NCBI RefSeq assembly: GCF_009914755.1
Contig: NC_060934.1
Origin: the human T2T-CHM13v2.0 reference genome, Homo sapiens
DNA: 64,000 nucleotides
Direction: 5' to 3' (one strand)
Below, piece by piece: positions 58,776 to 64,000 of the stretch. Positions within the stretch are counted from its first letter, which is position 1. The number at the start of each line of letters is the position of its first letter. The notes beneath the pieces were generated by a model, which was given only the letters and a program-made list of their open reading frames with translations, was not told the DNA's origin and did not search any database. A program made the translations under genes and the position numbers.

Positions 58776-59609
58776 TAATTAAAATAATGGATAGGACCCT
58801 GCCCTCCCTGAAGGAATTTAAAACCTGGTTGGAATATACCAGCCAAAGTAGAAATATTTACTTGAAGTTTTTTGCTAGATTTCTCCAACTGATGATACAC
58901 AAGATTGATTAATTTTTTTAAAAAAAGTCATTAATGAGAAAAGACAAGGATCAGTAAAGTAAGTGTTGAAATGGTGACTTAGATGGCATGAAAATTAAGA
59001 GGTTTTGGATGCATGAAGTATAGCAATGGGATTGGAGATACTGATCAATATGATTAATCAAATATTCTTAAGACTCAAAGTCCTGTCTACTTGTTTTCTA
59101 AAGTAATCACAAAGGATTAGAAATGTTGATAAACTCATATATACATCCATTCTAACAGACTCAAATTTAACTGGTGCTTATAAAGAAGCTATGAATTATC
59201 ATATTCTATGGTAGGAGTTGGAGATAAAAGGATGAGCAAGACAGAAAATTTGTACATGGTTTTTGTTTGTTTTTCATCACTCATATGCTGTGGAGGACAG
59301 TAGATGCAGATGCCTCACCTTTCCTCTTCTTTCACTTCCTGTAATACACTGGATTGTAATGTATTCATTCCATATAGGTCACAACCCAGCTCATAGCTTG
59401 GCTGCCACCTTTCAATTGTCCACAAAAGTTCCAACCGTATGTGCCCTGAGCGCAGACAGGGTCAGTAGGCAATACTTGTCCCTATGGACAGTGGCCCTAT
59501 CTTTTAACTGGGGACTCTTTTAAGGAGCTGTCATTATTACATACCTTGTAGCCTGGTCTAGATCCCATATATATAATGTATTTGTTAATTTTCAAAGTAA
59601 TTACTCACT

Positions 59610-59795
59610 TACTTTTTCACTGCTTTATCACAGTGATTTATTACAATCCTGCCAAATAGACAATACAGTAATTATAATTTCTATTTTACTTATGAAGAAT
59701 CTGAGTAAGAGAGAAATTAAATGGATGAGCAAAGATCACTAAGGTATGATATGAAGCTCAACAGGAATCTTTGATTTTTTTGTTCAATAGTCATT
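59610..59795 (-). mobile_element. MIR
   Basis: atttattacaatcctg..tattttacttatgaagaatctgag..agagaaattaaatg..caaagatcac. Confidence 0.55.
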
Positions 59796-61289
59796 ATATT
59801 CAGCTCACCATTTCTGAGATGTAGTTATGCAGCCTACATTCCACCTTTGGCCTTTTCCGAAAATGTGTGCTTTCTATGGGGATCATCTTTGAAATTAAGT
59901 TAATGATTCAATAAGTTAATGATTGAATAATGGTTAAGGATTCTTTAACATCCAAGTAATTCTTTTTAAATCACCAATGATCACCTCGAAATCAAGCAAA
60001 AAATTTGATGGGGTCAAGGGATGATGGGGTGAGACTTACTTTTGCAGTGTTATTTAATGCTGTCCAGTATATTCTGATTTTTTATTTCTGCTTTGCAATG
60101 TAAAATTAAATATATTTCCACATAAAGTTTGCTGTCTCTTATTTCCATAATGTCTTCACACTATTATAAATTTAAAATTTTATTCCCAACCTCCAACTTT
60201 AAGAAATGGCTTAGACTCTTATACGGTTTGCAATGCATTATTATGAAATTCTCTTCCAGCTTAATGTTTCTACAGTTTTTATCTTTATAATTTACTTTAA
60301 ATCATCCTGGGTTTTCATAAATAAAAGTCGTTCCTTTTAGTACATCTATGATATCATCTTTCTTTCTGATCCATATACTCGTTGTGAATTCTGTTTTCCA
60401 TCTAAATTGGTTCATATTTACTTATACAGAAATACAGAACTAAATGTATGTGTGAATGGCAGGGGTGGATTCTTGGAGGTGGACATGCATTTGAAATTTT
60501 CTTTAAGTTCCAATACGGACTTGTGATATGGAGTAATTTTACTTCTAAAACTTAAGTTTAAGAGAATGAGATTACCGCTTATAATTTTTCGTGGAAATTC
60601 TTTTAGATTACTTTGTGGATCTCTGCCTTGGGCTATCTGCTTCAAACTCCAGTTGTATTGTCCAGGTTCTGTTTCTGCACTTTGGAGTATAAAAGTGTCC
60701 ACCAGTAAACATTACAAGAATGAAATTTATGTTAACTGGTAGGCTGTTACAATGACACTAAGCTGGATCATCCAGCAAAATTATTTGATAATAAGGAGCT
60801 CATGCATATCTTTTCCTGGAATTGGAAACTAAGCTTGTGCAATCATTTTTTGATACTCATAAAATAGCTTTAAACTGGGATTTTAAGAATGTTTCACAAA
60901 TACTAATCCCTGTAACACCTCAACAGAGAATAATTATTTTAAGTGTTACTTCCTGAAAGGGACTAAGATATCATCCATTGGTGCCTCAAATTTCCAGAAC
61001 TTGAAGCCAGCATAAAAAATACATTTTCTCTGCTTGTCATTCTCTAGTAACTCATTCTAATTAATGGGATGTAGTATTCTCTGTAAATGCCAGCCATCAG
61101 TCTGTGATTCTAATTCAAAAACAAACATTGAGAAATTCAATATTTCCCAAAAGAAAAGCAGATAATATATAAGAGATAAGCAATGAAATGTCTTCTCAAA
61201 GATTCAAGGGTGTACTGCTACAGACTGTTTTGAGAAATGTTTATTCTGTAGAATGTTTAACAAATCATTTGACAAAAAACTACCTTCAA

Positions 61290-61505
61290 AATTTATGATG
61301 TTGTTTACACTGATTATTTTATTTAATCATGTAGTTACCATAACATAGCAGTGAGCTATTCCCATCACCACTTCACAGGGAGAAAATCATGACGTAAAAA
61401 CAAGAAATACATTTCTCAAGGTCTCAGTTAGTAAATTGTGGATCTGAGGCTTAAATCCAGGTCAGGTGAGCAAAAGATTTGGGTTCTTTTATTCTAGCAT
61501 TCTGC
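61290..61505 (-). mobile_element. MIR
   Basis: ttatttaatc..cacttcacagggagaaaa..tttctcaaggtctcagttagtaaattgtggatctgagg..aaatccaggtc. Confidence 0.6.
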
Positions 61506-61908
61506 TTTTCTATGAGAATATCCATCATTTATTGATTTCTTTAAAACTGTTCAGGCACTCAGTATTTTTATGTTCTCTACATTCTCAAATTTAATAGCTT
61601 AAGGTGAATAAGCAAAAGGAATCACAACTCAAACTCCATTCTCAGAACCATTTCAGAATACACAATTTAAAGCATATAGTCGAACAGTAAGTGATACATC
61701 ACATATCTAGAGATTCTCTTACAACATTATGTAATAGAGGAAAGCAAATAACTAGTAAGAGCCAAAATACCCCCAAGTAATTAAAACTGGTGTCATCAGA
61801 CTCATGTACTAAAAGTGTATTAATTATACATTTTGAAGAAATTTCCATCATATAGAAAGACATTTGTACTCTCTTGACATGTGATTCTGTCATTCTTCAT
61901 GATTCTGC

Positions 61909-64000
<2,092 letters not shown>

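Noticed and set aside
60418-60702. 94-aa minus-strand ORF in unique sequence
   Set aside because: GTG start, no recognisable homology, and no poly(A)/TSD to suggest a processed pseudogene. A BLASTP/PhyloCSF check would settle it.

Overview
Primate (very likely human) genomic DNA: AT-rich, CpG-poor and dominated by transposable elements. I find no protein-coding gene, structural RNA gene, CpG island or prokaryote-type feature. It contains 10 Alus (J, S and Y subfamilies, most with readable target-site duplications), many L1 fragments from L1ME to L1PA age including a ~4.8 kb L1PB1-like element, a full-length THE1C MaLR provirus, solo MaLR LTRs (THE1D, MSTA, MLT1 types), ERV1/ERVL LTRs (MER4 x3, MER50, MER67-like, LTR33-like), L2/MIR relics, DNA transposon fossils (MER47A, MER33, MER63A, MER102-like) and microsatellites. 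Most of the supplied ORFs are chance read-throughs of these repeats; the rest have no recognisable product. Subfamily names come from recalled consensus sequences and need RepeatMasker/Dfam confirmation. I cannot support a novel biological system. The best leads are unusual retrotransposition products (an almost pure poly(A) insertion with a TSD, a tailless Alu, a twin-primed L1), two short dispersed duplications, a MaLR/L1 strand bias plus a candidate minus-strand non-coding exon that together hint at a minus-strand host transcript, and a tandem HNF1-like motif.
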